DNA of 64,000 bases from SAR202 cluster bacterium (GCA_009392815.1 VFFS01000058.1:464-64463); one strand, 5' to 3'. Counted from the stretch's first letter, positions 1-9,897 are shown. A program made the numbers and translations. The notes: generated from the sequence alone by a model not told the origin.

Positions 1-24
1 TTTGTTGTACAGCAATCTAAAACT

Positions 25-630
25 TCACAAAACCACATTCTCGGCGCCAGACAGTGATTCTCTAATCTTTGTAGAGGTCTCAAAGTATTCTTGATCCGAC
101 AATACCGGCTGAGTCTCCAGGGTCGGAATATGGTCATCCAGTTCTACCCAAGATTTGCATCCCGAAAACGCTGGGGTTCGTGGCACAGTCATTTTCCCTT
201 CTAACTTGAATAATCTCAATAACGCTACGGTTAGTGCTTGAGATGGTCTCCAATGGAAGCGTGACTTTACATATTCTTCTGTCCAATGATGAAAAGAGGA
301 AATTTTTGATAGCGTTTCTGAATCTCTTAACTCATATACATCCGTGACTTTCGCCCAGTATTGAAATTCAATTTCGTTGGCATTAAAAGAGTCCTCTAGC
401 GGAGTTATCAAATCCTTTTGCACAGAAGGCTTTAATAGATCGAGCTTCTGATGTTCGTAGGTTGGAAACAATAAAAAGCTGGGATGTATGATCCTGAACT
501 CTTTATCGTCTTGGTGAATGCCGCCTTTCCGTACTATTATAATTTGGTCACCAAGAGCCATCGCTCTTATTGTCACCGCCCATTCTTTAAGCGCCACATT
601 GCAAGAAGTTGAAACGTTGACCATATCCAC
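25..630 (-). CDS. conserved hypothetical protein, DUF1802-like
   Basis: 201-aa ORF. The N-terminal pattern LKEWAV..IIVRKGGI..FLLFPTYEHQ matches my recollection of the DUF1802 family. No catalytic motif recognised. Confidence 0.5.
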   Translation of the reverse strand: MDMVNVSTSCNVALKEWAVTIRAMALGDQIIIVRKGGIHQDDKEFRIIHPSFLLFPTYEHQKLDLLKPSVQKDLITPLEDSFNANEIEFQYWAKVTDVYELRDSETLSKISSFHHWTEEYVKSRFHWRPSQALTVALLRLFKLEGKMTVPRTPAFSGCKSWVELDDHIPTLETQPVLSDQEYFETSTKIRESLSGAENVVL

Positions 631-717
631 ACTCCAAAAAAATCACAACCTAGTAGACTCTATTGAACATTCCTACACACTGATATCATACCAATAGATC
701 TTTAGGGAGTTATTTCT

Positions 718-2184
718 ATGTCCGAATCTGATCCGATTTCAAGTCAACACGATACATTAATTAAAGGCGGCCTAGTGGTCGATGGAGCACGTACACAAAA
801 GTTAGATGTTGCTATCAAAGCAGAAAAGATTTCTGCAGTGGAATCCCACCCTTCGGAATTGCGGGCAGCCAAAGAGATCGATGCCTCGGGATATTTCGTT
901 ATCCCAGGGATTATCGATGCACATAATCATCCTATCAATCTAGATAAGATGGATACATTTACGCTCAGTTCCGCATTCGGTGGAGTAACAACTGTAATCC
1001 CGTTCATGCAGAATATGAGAAGCAGAGGTATCGCAGGCACTACTTCTGAAACGATAGAACGTTTTATAGAGGAATCTTCGGATATCTCCTACCTTGACTT
1101 CGGGGTACATGCAATTCTCTTCGGCGACGATGACGTTACTACTGAAGTTCCGAAATTAATTGATATGGGTGTCATATCATTCAAGATGTACATGACATAT
1201 CCCAAACGGGGCATGATGATGCCAGATGAAAAAATGCTGGAAGCAATGTCGATCGCATCCGATATGGGTGGAATAGCAATGGTACACGCGGAAAATGGTT
1301 ACTGTATCGATTATCTGACAGAGGCTTTCATAGAATCAGGAAAGACAGGTAGAGAATATTATGCGAAATCACAGCCTCGTATCTTGGAGGTAGAAGCCGC
1401 CAACAGGGCTGCAACATATGCTAGCGTGACAAACTGCCCATTGTACGTTGTACATTTAAGTGCTAGAGAAGTCCTGAGTGTAATTGACCAGTACAAGATG
1501 AAAGGATTGGATATCTTTGGAGAGACCTGTCCTCAGTATCTGGATTTGACAAACCAAATGGTTCTGGAACATGGTGCTCTTGCTAAAATAGGGCCTCCTC
1601 TCAGAACTTCAGAAGACAATGAGGCAATGTGGTCAGGCCTAAAATCTGGTGTCATCGATACCGTCGCAAGTGATTTCTGTGGATTCAGTAAGTCACAAAA
1701 ATATTCTGGCGGGCGCAGCACAGGTTCTATTGAAGAGTCTGAAGATATCGATCCCAACGCAAGTATATTTGATGCCAGCTTCGGGGGTAACTGGACCGAA
1801 CAGATGCTCCCAGTTGTATACGAGGAAGGGGTAAATAGAGGCAGAATCACTGTGAACAAGCTGGTTCAAGTTATGTGTGAAAATCCGGCTAAAATATTCG
1901 GCATATACCCTCGAAAGGGAGTCATATCTGTAGGTTCTGATGCAGACATAGTATTATTCGACCCTGCGGCACAACACACTCTCTCCGCCGATGCCCAACA
2001 TTGCAATGCAGATTTCACTATGTTTGAGGGAAAGGAAATCTTGGGCAAACCAATTTTCTCTATGCAGCGCGGTAACGTGGTCATTGAAAATGGAAAGATC
2101 CATTCGAAGCAAGGGTCCGCTGTTTATCTCACAGGTGACGTGAATCTAACTGCATCCGCCCCAAACGGTCACAAAATAATTTGA
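718..2184 (+). CDS. cyclic amidohydrolase (D-hydantoinase / dihydropyrimidinase family)
   Basis: 488 aa. Metal-binding IIDAHNHP (HxH), SFKMYMTY (carbamylated-Lys region), VHAENG, YVVHLS and ASDF Asp are typical of hydantoinase/dihydropyrimidinase TIM-barrel amidohydrolases. Confidence 0.8.
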   Translation: MSESDPISSQHDTLIKGGLVVDGARTQKLDVAIKAEKISAVESHPSELRAAKEIDASGYFVIPGIIDAHNHPINLDKMDTFTLSSAFGGVTTVIPFMQNMRSRGIAGTTSETIERFIEESSDISYLDFGVHAILFGDDDVTTEVPKLIDMGVISFKMYMTYPKRGMMMPDEKMLEAMSIASDMGGIAMVHAENGYCIDYLTEAFIESGKTGREYYAKSQPRILEVEAANRAATYASVTNCPLYVVHLSAREVLSVIDQYKMKGLDIFGETCPQYLDLTNQMVLEHGALAKIGPPLRTSEDNEAMWSGLKSGVIDTVASDFCGFSKSQKYSGGRSTGSIEESEDIDPNASIFDASFGGNWTEQMLPVVYEEGVNRGRITVNKLVQVMCENPAKIFGIYPRKGVISVGSDADIVLFDPAAQHTLSADAQHCNADFTMFEGKEILGKPIFSMQRGNVVIENGKIHSKQGSAVYLTGDVNLTASAPNGHKII

Positions 2185-2200
2185 TTTCCGAGGTGTAGAA

Positions 2201-3262
2201 ATGTCTGTAAAGCACTCCCACGACGATATAAAGCTTACCAGCCTAGCTTCGTGTGCTGGTTGAGCGTCCAAACTAAGTCCTAAAGACCTGTCGCACGTGC
2301 TGCGACAGCTACCAGACATGTCACACCCTAACCTTCTGGTGGGGACATCTACAAATGACGATGCTGCAGTGTACAAGATTTCCAAGGATCTGGCTGCGGT
2401 CATGACTGTGGACTTCTTCCCACCTATCGTGGACGACCCGTACATATTCGGCGAAATCGCCGCAACAAATTCATTATCTGATATCTATGCAATGGGGGCC
2501 GAGCCCATTGTTGCCCTGAACATCGTAGGATTCCCTGCAGACTTGGATATCTCCATCTTGGCTGAAATCCTCAAGGGAGGGGCCGCCAAAGCACTAGAAG
2601 CCGGAATAGTCATTGCTGGAGGACATACAGTAGCTGACGAAGAGCCTAAATATGGATTATCAGTAACTGGTCTAGTGCGTCCAGGTGAGGAGGTGGGTAA
2701 TTCTAACTCTCAACCAGGTGACTATCTTGTTCTGACGAAACCCATCGGAACTGGGATAATTACTACTGCTGGAAAACAAGGAGTTGTGTCACAGAAAGTT
2801 ATTGATCAAGCAATATCTATTATGTCTGCCCTCAATAAAAATGCCTCAGAGGCTATGATTGAAGTAGGAGTTAATGCCTGTTCTGATATAACCGGATTCG
2901 GTTTGATTGGCCATTTAAAAGAAATGATTGAAGGATCCGGTACATCTGCTGAGATACAACTTTCATCCATTCCTGTCATAGAGGGAACCAGGAATTTACT
3001 TGCAAAGGGCATCGTGCCAGGAGGCACGTTAAGAAACCTAGATTCCGTAGAAGACAACGTGTTATGGAGTGAAGAAATTTCTGAAGATGACAAACTCCTA
3101 CTATGTGATGCTCAAACATCGGGAGGTCTCCTTATATCCGTTCCAGAACCAAAACTAGAAACTTTGTTAAAGAATCTTTCTGACAAAAATGTTGACTGTG
3201 GTGCGGTAGTAGGGAAAATAGTGGAAACGAATGAAAGAAATGTAATTGAGGTGAAAATGTAA
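2201..3262 (+). CDS. selD: selenide, water dikinase (selenophosphate synthetase), Sec-containing form; TGA at 2261-2263 read as selenocysteine
   Basis: The ORF track starts at GTG 2297, but the same frame is open from ATG 2201 apart from one TGA. The N-terminus MSVKHSHDDIKLTSLASCAGUASKLSPKDLSHVL aligns with the E. coli SelD loop [23 protein letters not shown], placing U at the Cys17 position with the Lys conserved. The rest carries SelD/AIR-synthase-like motifs (DDAAVY, TVDFF, GGHT, DITGFGL, CDAQTSGGLL). A GAGGTG SD lies 7 nt upstream of 2201. Confidence 0.85.
2288..2308 (+). promoter_or_regulatory. SECIS-like hairpin downstream of the selD UGA
   Basis: Perfect 8-bp stem CUGUCGCA / UGCGACAG with a 5-nt loop CGUGC (contains GU). 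It begins 24 nt after the UGA codon, within the spacing typical of bacterial SECIS elements. Confidence 0.55.
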
Positions 3263-3336
3263 CCGGATTGCACCGATAACATTTGAGCCCCATGCCAGTT
3301 ACCTTCCATTAAATTAATTAACTCTGGAGTTTCTTA

Positions 3337-5010
3337 TTGACTAGAGCGTCAGAAATAGTAAGCCGGGACCTGTTGAAGGCCTTTGATTCCGCCATAGAAA
3401 AAGGGGACCTCCCCAGAACAAATATATCGGACGCCGCAATAGAACGGCCTCAAAATACTGATCATGGGGACTTCGCTACCAGTCTACCGTTGAAATTAGC
3501 CAGCGATATGAAAATGAGCCCCATGGTCATCGCAGAAATATTATCCAGGCACTTACCTAAAGAAAGCATAATTTCGGAATCACAGGTCGCACCGCCAGGA
3601 TTTCTCAATTTAACACTGGACCCTAAGTGGCTATTTTCACAAATTCATCTAATTCGAAATGCAAAAACCGCGTATGGCAATCTGAACCTGTCCAAAAGAA
3701 AAAAGATTCAGATTGAATATGTGAGTGCAAATCCAACCGGACGTTTGCACGTAGCACACGCCAGAGGGGCTGTAATAGGAAGTGCATTAGCCAACCTATT
3801 AAAAGCCGCAGGACATACAGTAGAGGAAGAATATTATTTAAACGATGCTGGTAATCAAATAGAAAAATTTAATAAATCTTTGCTGGTTAGATATAAACAA
3901 ATAGCAGGACTCGATATAGAACTGCCGGAAGACTCATATCCAGGCGAAGACATATCTGATGTGGCAAAAACTATATGGGATGAAGAGGGTGACCGGTATC
4001 TACAGCTTGATGAAAGCGAAGCGGAAATATCAATAGGTTCAAAAGGCATCCCCAAAATGATAGAGGGGATAAAAGAGGACCTAGAGTCCTTAAGAGTGCA
4101 ATTTGACGAGTGGTTTAGCGAGACAAGCCTGTACACACAAGGGCAATTTGAAACCTGTATGAAGTCATTAAAGAATAAGGGGCTCACTACAGATAGAGAT
4201 GGTGCCAAGTGGCTAATTTCAACAAAACTTGGTGAAGAAAAAGACAACGTTCTGATTAGAACTTCTGGAACACCAACATATTTCGCATCAGATATTGCCT
4301 ATCATTTCAATAAATTCCACCAGCGAAATTTCGCTGAGGTAATCGACGTTTGGGGTGCAGATCATCAAGGGCAGATAGGGCGATTGCGCTCAGCTCTTGA
4401 TGCCTTGGAAATTGATTCAACAAAACTAAAGATCATACTCGTTCAGATGGTCCGGTTTAAAAAGGGTGAAACATCAGAAAAGCTATCTAAAAGAAAGGGT
4501 AACGTAATACCTCTAATAGACCTTGTAAATGAAATAGGCGTTGATGCATGTCGTTTTTTATTCCTTTCAAGATCGAATGAGAGCCAACTAGAATTTGACT
4601 TAGACCTAGCTAAACAACAATCGTCTGAGAATCCTGTTTACTACGTGCAATATGGGCACGCGAGGATTTGCAGCATACTTAGGTTAGCTGAAGAAAGAAA
4701 CATAGATTTCAGCAGCGGCGACGTATCTATTTTGAGAGATCCAACAGAGCTTTCCCTAATAAATAAAATGCTAGAACTGCCAGATGTTATTGAGACATCT
4801 GTTGGAAATTTAGAAGCGCACCACCTTCCCCACTACTCCATGGAGTTAGCAACGGCATTTCACACGTTTTATCAAAATTGCCGAGTAGTATCCTCGGAAA
4901 AATCCGATCTCCCCATATCAAAGGCGCGACTACTTCTTGTCGACGCTGCCAGATTGGTCCTCGGAAGATGCCTGAAATTAATGAATATGACCGCTCCTGA
5001 CAAAATGTAA
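3337..5010 (+). CDS. argS: arginine--tRNA ligase
   Basis: 557 aa, TTG start. Class I signature ANPTGRLHVAHARG, KMSK-like LSKRKG, and a C-terminal DALR-type anticodon-binding region (YYVQYGHARI). Confidence 0.95.
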   Translation: MTRASEIVSRDLLKAFDSAIEKGDLPRTNISDAAIERPQNTDHGDFATSLPLKLASDMKMSPMVIAEILSRHLPKESIISESQVAPPGFLNLTLDPKWLFSQIHLIRNAKTAYGNLNLSKRKKIQIEYVSANPTGRLHVAHARGAVIGSALANLLKAAGHTVEEEYYLNDAGNQIEKFNKSLLVRYKQIAGLDIELPEDSYPGEDISDVAKTIWDEEGDRYLQLDESEAEISIGSKGIPKMIEGIKEDLESLRVQFDEWFSETSLYTQGQFETCMKSLKNKGLTTDRDGAKWLISTKLGEEKDNVLIRTSGTPTYFASDIAYHFNKFHQRNFAEVIDVWGADHQGQIGRLRSALDALEIDSTKLKIILVQMVRFKKGETSEKLSKRKGNVIPLIDLVNEIGVDACRFLFLSRSNESQLEFDLDLAKQQSSENPVYYVQYGHARICSILRLAEERNIDFSSGDVSILRDPTELSLINKMLELPDVIETSVGNLEAHHLPHYSMELATAFHTFYQNCRVVSSEKSDLPISKARLLLVDAARLVLGRCLKLMNMTAPDKM

Positions 5011-5040
5011 ACTTAGATTACTTTACAGGAGAAAAACTTA

Positions 5041-6231
5041 ATGAAGATCACCGAAACAAAAATCCGACAATTGCACGGAGTGATGGACCATGAAGAACCA
5101 TTCTGGGAAGAGCGCCTTGTTAGACCAATAGACATCTACCCCGAACATAGAGATCGCAGTAATGACATGGATAAAATCAGCGATGGGCGCTATTCCATGA
5201 CATCTAACTATTTAGAAATACATACCGACGACGGCATTACAGGCTTATCTGGACCTTTTTCACTACTTGAAGCATTTTTAATACACACTCAACTTAGCTC
5301 AATTTTGATTGGACAAAATCCTCTTGCTATAGAAAAGCTTTGGGACCAGATGTACAGGCATAGCATACATGGTCGTAAAGGAGAAACCATGATGGCTATA
5401 AGCGTAGTAGATTGTGCGCTCTGGGATTTAAAAGGAAAAGCCTTTAATAGTCCTGTATATTCTCTTCTTGGCGGGCCAACAAGAGAAACCATACAGGCAT
5501 ACGCAAGCTGCCTTCAATTTTCTGTAGAGCCTCAAAAAGCTCATGACCGTATCAAAGATGTGGTAGGAGACGGATATCAAGCCACAAAATGGTTCTTCCG
5601 ACATGGGCCTGGTAGCGGACGAGATGGGATGAGGGCCAACATAGGTTTAGTGGAAGCACTTCGTGACGGGGCGGGAGAGGACGTCGAGATAATGATGGAT
5701 GCCTGGAGCAGTTGGAATATACCTTACACATTAAAAATGGCAAACCAAATAGCAAAATATGATATTAAATGGATAGAAGAACCTGTATTGGCTGACAAAA
5801 TAGACAGTTACGTTGAGTTGCAGCGTAATTCCCCAATTTCTATATCAGGTGGGGAACACGAATATACGAGATGGGGATTTCGGCAAATCGTAGAAAAAAA
5901 AGCAATGGACTACCTTCAACCAGATATTTACTGGGCTGGGGGCATGAGTGAACTAGTAAAAATTTGTGCTTTAGCATCCACTTTTGATATGCCAGTTATT
6001 CCACATGGACATTCTGCGCAGGCTACTGCGCACCTAATTGCCTCACAGCCCCCCTCCGTATGTCCAATCCAAGAACATTTAATCAAATGGAATCAAGTCC
6101 ATCAATTCTTTCTTAAAGACCCTCTCATTCCCATAAATGGTGAAATAGAAGTATCCAAGCTAAATAATCCTGGAATGGGAATAGAAATAGATACTGACAA
6201 AATTAACTCTGAACAAATACTCTCCTGGTAA
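5041..6231 (+). CDS. enolase-superfamily enzyme (mandelate racemase/muconate lactonizing family, rhamnonate-dehydratase-like)
   Basis: 396 aa. Motifs VDCALWDLKGK, MMDAW, KWIEEP, GGEHEYT and LQPD, the metal-ligand and barrel motifs of acid-sugar dehydratases in the enolase superfamily. Confidence 0.8.
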   Translation: MKITETKIRQLHGVMDHEEPFWEERLVRPIDIYPEHRDRSNDMDKISDGRYSMTSNYLEIHTDDGITGLSGPFSLLEAFLIHTQLSSILIGQNPLAIEKLWDQMYRHSIHGRKGETMMAISVVDCALWDLKGKAFNSPVYSLLGGPTRETIQAYASCLQFSVEPQKAHDRIKDVVGDGYQATKWFFRHGPGSGRDGMRANIGLVEALRDGAGEDVEIMMDAWSSWNIPYTLKMANQIAKYDIKWIEEPVLADKIDSYVELQRNSPISISGGEHEYTRWGFRQIVEKKAMDYLQPDIYWAGGMSELVKICALASTFDMPVIPHGHSAQATAHLIASQPPSVCPIQEHLIKWNQVHQFFLKDPLIPINGEIEVSKLNNPGMGIEIDTDKINSEQILSW

Positions 6232-6268
6232 CAAATTGATCCTAGTAATAGAGCAGGCGGACTAAAAT

Positions 6269-7375
6269 ATGAAAATAGTAAATATCGAGACCACAGCCCT
6301 TTACTACCCGCACGGAAAATCAATACAAGATGCAACAATTCATCCTCCCGCTCAAGAGGAATCTGGAAGGGGCCAACTTTTCGTACATATTTATACTGAC
6401 GAAGGTATAGAAGGCCTAGGAATGACCTACCTCTCTCCAGGAACCAGAGATGTAATAGAAAGCGCACTTAAGAAGATCCTGATTGGTAAAAACCCTCTCG
6501 ACATAGAAAGATTATGGGACGAAATGTACTGGGAAGTCAGAGGATACGGTAGAAAAGGAATAGCATTTTGTGCAATCTCTGCGGTAGATATCGGACTCTG
6601 GGATCTCAAAGCAAAATCAGTAAATCTACCCTTGTACAAACTTCTCGGAGCTTATACGGAATCCGTACCAATTTATGGGAGTGGGGGATGGACAAATTTC
6701 TCCGAACAAGAGTTGTTAAAAGAAATGACAGACTACGTTGAATCAGGTATTCAAAAAATAAAAATGAAAGTGGGAAAAAACTTCGGACAATCTGAAAGGG
6801 AAGATATACAAAGGGTGGCGTCAGTTAGAAAAGCAGTAGGAGACAATGTAGCAATCTACATTGATGCCAATAACGGCTACTACCGCAAGCAAGCAATATA
6901 CATGGCTAAGGAATTTGAGCAATACCAAGTCGGTTGGTTTGAAGAACCTTTAATACCTGATGACATTGAAGGAATGTCAGAAATCGCCAAAGCGACCTCA
7001 ATTCCAATTGCCACAGGCGAGCACGAATACACAAAATACGGGTTTCGCGAATTAATAGAAAGAGGAGCTGCTGACATAGTGCAGCCAGATATAGGAAGGG
7101 TGGGTGGAGTCACGGAATGGCTAAAAGTAGCCCACCTAGCCCATGCATTTAATTTACCTGTAGCTCCACACGCCCTACAGCTTGCTCACCTTCATGTAGC
7201 CTGTTCTACACCCAACCTGAAAGTCGTTGAATATATGAATGTGTCCTTAGAAGGGGATGCCGTATGGTACACAGAATTCCCGAAGCAAGAAAATGGAGTA
7301 TGGGCTCCCTTTCATGACAAGCCAGGTCTCGGATTAGAACTGGACCACTACGCAGTTTCCAAGTATTCGATCTAA
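6269..7375 (+). CDS. enolase-superfamily enzyme (mandelate racemase/muconate lactonizing family)
   Basis: 368 aa. Motifs VDIGLWDLKAK, KMKVG, IYIDAN, WFEEP, TGEHEYT and VQPD. A paralogue of the preceding gene. Confidence 0.8.
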   Translation: MKIVNIETTALYYPHGKSIQDATIHPPAQEESGRGQLFVHIYTDEGIEGLGMTYLSPGTRDVIESALKKILIGKNPLDIERLWDEMYWEVRGYGRKGIAFCAISAVDIGLWDLKAKSVNLPLYKLLGAYTESVPIYGSGGWTNFSEQELLKEMTDYVESGIQKIKMKVGKNFGQSEREDIQRVASVRKAVGDNVAIYIDANNGYYRKQAIYMAKEFEQYQVGWFEEPLIPDDIEGMSEIAKATSIPIATGEHEYTKYGFRELIERGAADIVQPDIGRVGGVTEWLKVAHLAHAFNLPVAPHALQLAHLHVACSTPNLKVVEYMNVSLEGDAVWYTEFPKQENGVWAPFHDKPGLGLELDHYAVSKYSI

Positions 7376-8514
7376 GCAATCAATGCTGGGAGCTTTTTAA
7401 GCTCATTTATGTTCCTGGAAGAGGCAAACACGTCAACGAATGGAACCGAGGCTTCCAATGTCCGGGTCGCTTGTTCATAATCACCAGATCCTATAAGTGG
7501 ATTTAGCCAAACTAATTTTTTCACAGTCCTCTTTACAATTGCTAGCTTTCGACCTACATCCTCAGGATCCCCAGTATCCCAACCGTCGCTCACTAAAACA
7601 AAAGTAGTGTCCCTGTCTAGTGCAAAACTGAATTCTGTAGAAAGTTGCGTCAGACAGTCTCCTATTCGTGTACCTCCCGACCAGTGTGCCACGTGCCCAC
7701 TTATTTTATTAAGAGCCTCTGTCATAGTTTTAGATTTCATTTCCCTGGTCACTTCACTGACTTCGGTACTAAAAACGAACACTTTGACCTGGCTAGTTTT
7801 CCTGCACGTTTCATAAGCCAAATGAAGTAAATTACGAGAGTGCTTATCCATTGAACCGCTAACATCTAACATGAAAACTACATTAGGCAATCTGGGCTTA
7901 CGGGATTTTAGAGGTATCCTGTATGGCTCCCCCCCCGCCCTAAAACTTTCCCTAAGCAGACTCCTCAAGTCTATTTTTCGCCCGCGGCGACTGCTTCGGT
8001 ATCTCCGCCCCGGTTTATCGGCCATAGAGCGCACAAAATTGGAAGCTATTTTAGATATCTCTCCCGAGTTAGTTTCTGCCAAGTAAGTGACATCCCTATA
8101 TTCTTGAGAGCTTCTGGAACTAGCACCAACAATATTGGGTTGGAAAAGTACGTTGCCAGAGGAAGAATCATGTTCAGGAAGTATTGATTCAGTCTTTCGC
8201 CTACTAAATTTTTTCCCTCCGGTGAACAAGTCCGATTTATATTCCTGCACTTCGTTGCTATTAAAATATTCAAACGTCCAAAACCTTCTAAAGGCCTGAT
8301 CGAACATATCGATTTCAGGAAATCTGGTCACAAATAAACTTCTCAAACACCAATATACTGACGCGCGATTCATAATCCCTTGATTAATAAATACATTCAT
8401 AGCATCCGAAATCTCAGTAGGACCTATCATAAGACCATAGGTCCGCAAATTACGCACGAATCTGGTCAGATGCGTTTCAAAATCATAATCCGAAACGTTA
8501 TCTACATTAGGCAT
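7372..8514 (-). CDS. VWA domain protein, CoxE-like
   Basis: 380 aa. MIDAS-type MLDVSGSM, WSGGTRIG, VLVSDGWDTGDP and C-terminal WLNPL..Y.. match the VWA_CoxE family pattern. The start abuts the stop of the upstream hydrolase gene (8515). Confidence 0.7.
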   Translation of the reverse strand: MPNVDNVSDYDFETHLTRFVRNLRTYGLMIGPTEISDAMNVFINQGIMNRASVYWCLRSLFVTRFPEIDMFDQAFRRFWTFEYFNSNEVQEYKSDLFTGGKKFSRRKTESILPEHDSSSGNVLFQPNIVGASSRSSQEYRDVTYLAETNSGEISKIASNFVRSMADKPGRRYRSSRRGRKIDLRSLLRESFRAGGEPYRIPLKSRKPRLPNVVFMLDVSGSMDKHSRNLLHLAYETCRKTSQVKVFVFSTEVSEVTREMKSKTMTEALNKISGHVAHWSGGTRIGDCLTQLSTEFSFALDRDTTFVLVSDGWDTGDPEDVGRKLAIVKRTVKKLVWLNPLIGSGDYEQATRTLEASVPFVDVFASSRNINELKKLPALIA

Positions 8515-9375
8515 TTACGTAAGAGAACCAGTTCCCTCTCCAAAATCACGGGTTTCCCATCTCCCTTGCTGCACCAATCCTAAAAACTCTGAAATGACTC
8601 GATTGAAAAGGTCAGGCTCTTCTAGGTTGATAGCATGTCCTGACCTAGGAAATACAGCCAGTCCGGAAGTGGCAATATGTTGCTTCATAAAAAGGGATGG
8701 GTTAATACAGGGGTCATCTTCGTCACCGGTCATGATAAGGGTGGGGATCTCGATAGAACGGAGCTTACGTTCAAGTTCGAAGATTGGTGGGCGCTTCGAC
8801 AAGACACCTTCAAACGTGTTAGCCGATCCTTCAGCTGAATGCTCCATAAATTGATTTCTAAACAATTCATATTCCTTTGGAGATTTGTTCTCCAACTGAA
8901 CTCTGGCTGGGCCAGACACGTAGCTAGACATAAAATCCATTCCATTTTCTCTCATTCCATCAGCCATAGCTAAAACTCTCTCACGAAATATAAGAGGGTC
9001 ATCAGATCCCGTTCCTGTACCAGCGATAACCAGCGATGAGGCCATATCTGGGTTTGCAATACCAAAATTTAAAGCTACATTGCCGCCCATAGATAAACCC
9101 ACGATATGAGCTTTATCAATACTCAAAAACTTCATCAAGCCTTTCAAGTCATCTACAGATTGTTCTTGTCCATAAGAAGTGACGGATTTGGGGATATCTG
9201 AGGGCGGGTAACCTCTTGCGCAATAAGTGATCACCTCGTACAAGCGACTAAAATGTCCTACCTGCAAATCCCATGACCGATAATCACCGGCGAACTCATG
9301 GCAAAATATCACAGGATAACCAGATCCTGTCTTTTCATAAAATAACTTGACTCCATTTACATCAGCTAACGGCAT
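8515..9375 (-). CDS. alpha/beta-fold hydrolase
   Basis: 286 aa. Nucleophile elbow GLSMGG, a HEF..D oxyanion region near the N-terminus, and a C-terminal SGH catalytic His context. Confidence 0.8.
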   Translation of the reverse strand: MPLADVNGVKLFYEKTGSGYPVIFCHEFAGDYRSWDLQVGHFSRLYEVITYCARGYPPSDIPKSVTSYGQEQSVDDLKGLMKFLSIDKAHIVGLSMGGNVALNFGIANPDMASSLVIAGTGTGSDDPLIFRERVLAMADGMRENGMDFMSSYVSGPARVQLENKSPKEYELFRNQFMEHSAEGSANTFEGVLSKRPPIFELERKLRSIEIPTLIMTGDEDDPCINPSLFMKQHIATSGLAVFPRSGHAINLEEPDLFNRVISEFLGLVQQGRWETRDFGEGTGSLT

Positions 9376-9542
9376 ATCGTCGCTCCCAATTATTCTTTTT
9401 ATTCAGTCAAATGGTTATATCACACACCTTACCCTTTCCACATATTTCCGGACCTACAATAAAAATGGAATAAGCTTCGATTAGTGGCTATATAATTGTC
9501 AGGACAGCCACCCAACTAGACCCAATATAGCAGGAGACAATT

Positions 9543-9884
9543 TTGGCCAAAGTCAGAGTTATGTACTGGAAAGAAGTTCCGGTACAAGTACAAGCGAGTG
9601 ATGAAAACGGTACTGTGTCCGTTCCTTTAGATGGAAGATTTCAAGAGGCTGCAGACGCTCTTTCTATGATGGATGGCAGCGCTGGAACAGATCAATATCT
9701 AATGGCTTGGGAATGGGGCGATTACATTTGTGAGAATGGAAGTGCGGTTGATCTATCCCGTCAAACTGCAGATAGAATTAATACAGGAATGCCGACTGAC
9801 TTTGTTGCACGGATTCGAGACCTAGAAAATAATGGGAAAAGAATCCCCAGACCGGGAGCAATCGATATTTGGATAAAGGAATAG
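9543..9884 (+). CDS. small conserved protein, possibly the 'virulence factor'-type domain (PF13769) seen beside split methionine-synthase genes
   Basis: 113 aa, TTG start with AGGAG 7 nt upstream. The N-terminus MAKVRVMYWKEVPVQV resembles my recollection of that family (M..L.IVYWRDIPAQV). It is the first gene of the corrinoid cluster. Confidence 0.45.
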   Translation: MAKVRVMYWKEVPVQVQASDENGTVSVPLDGRFQEAADALSMMDGSAGTDQYLMAWEWGDYICENGSAVDLSRQTADRINTGMPTDFVARIRDLENNGKRIPRPGAIDIWIKE

Positions 9885-9897
9885 TTGCGACAGCATA

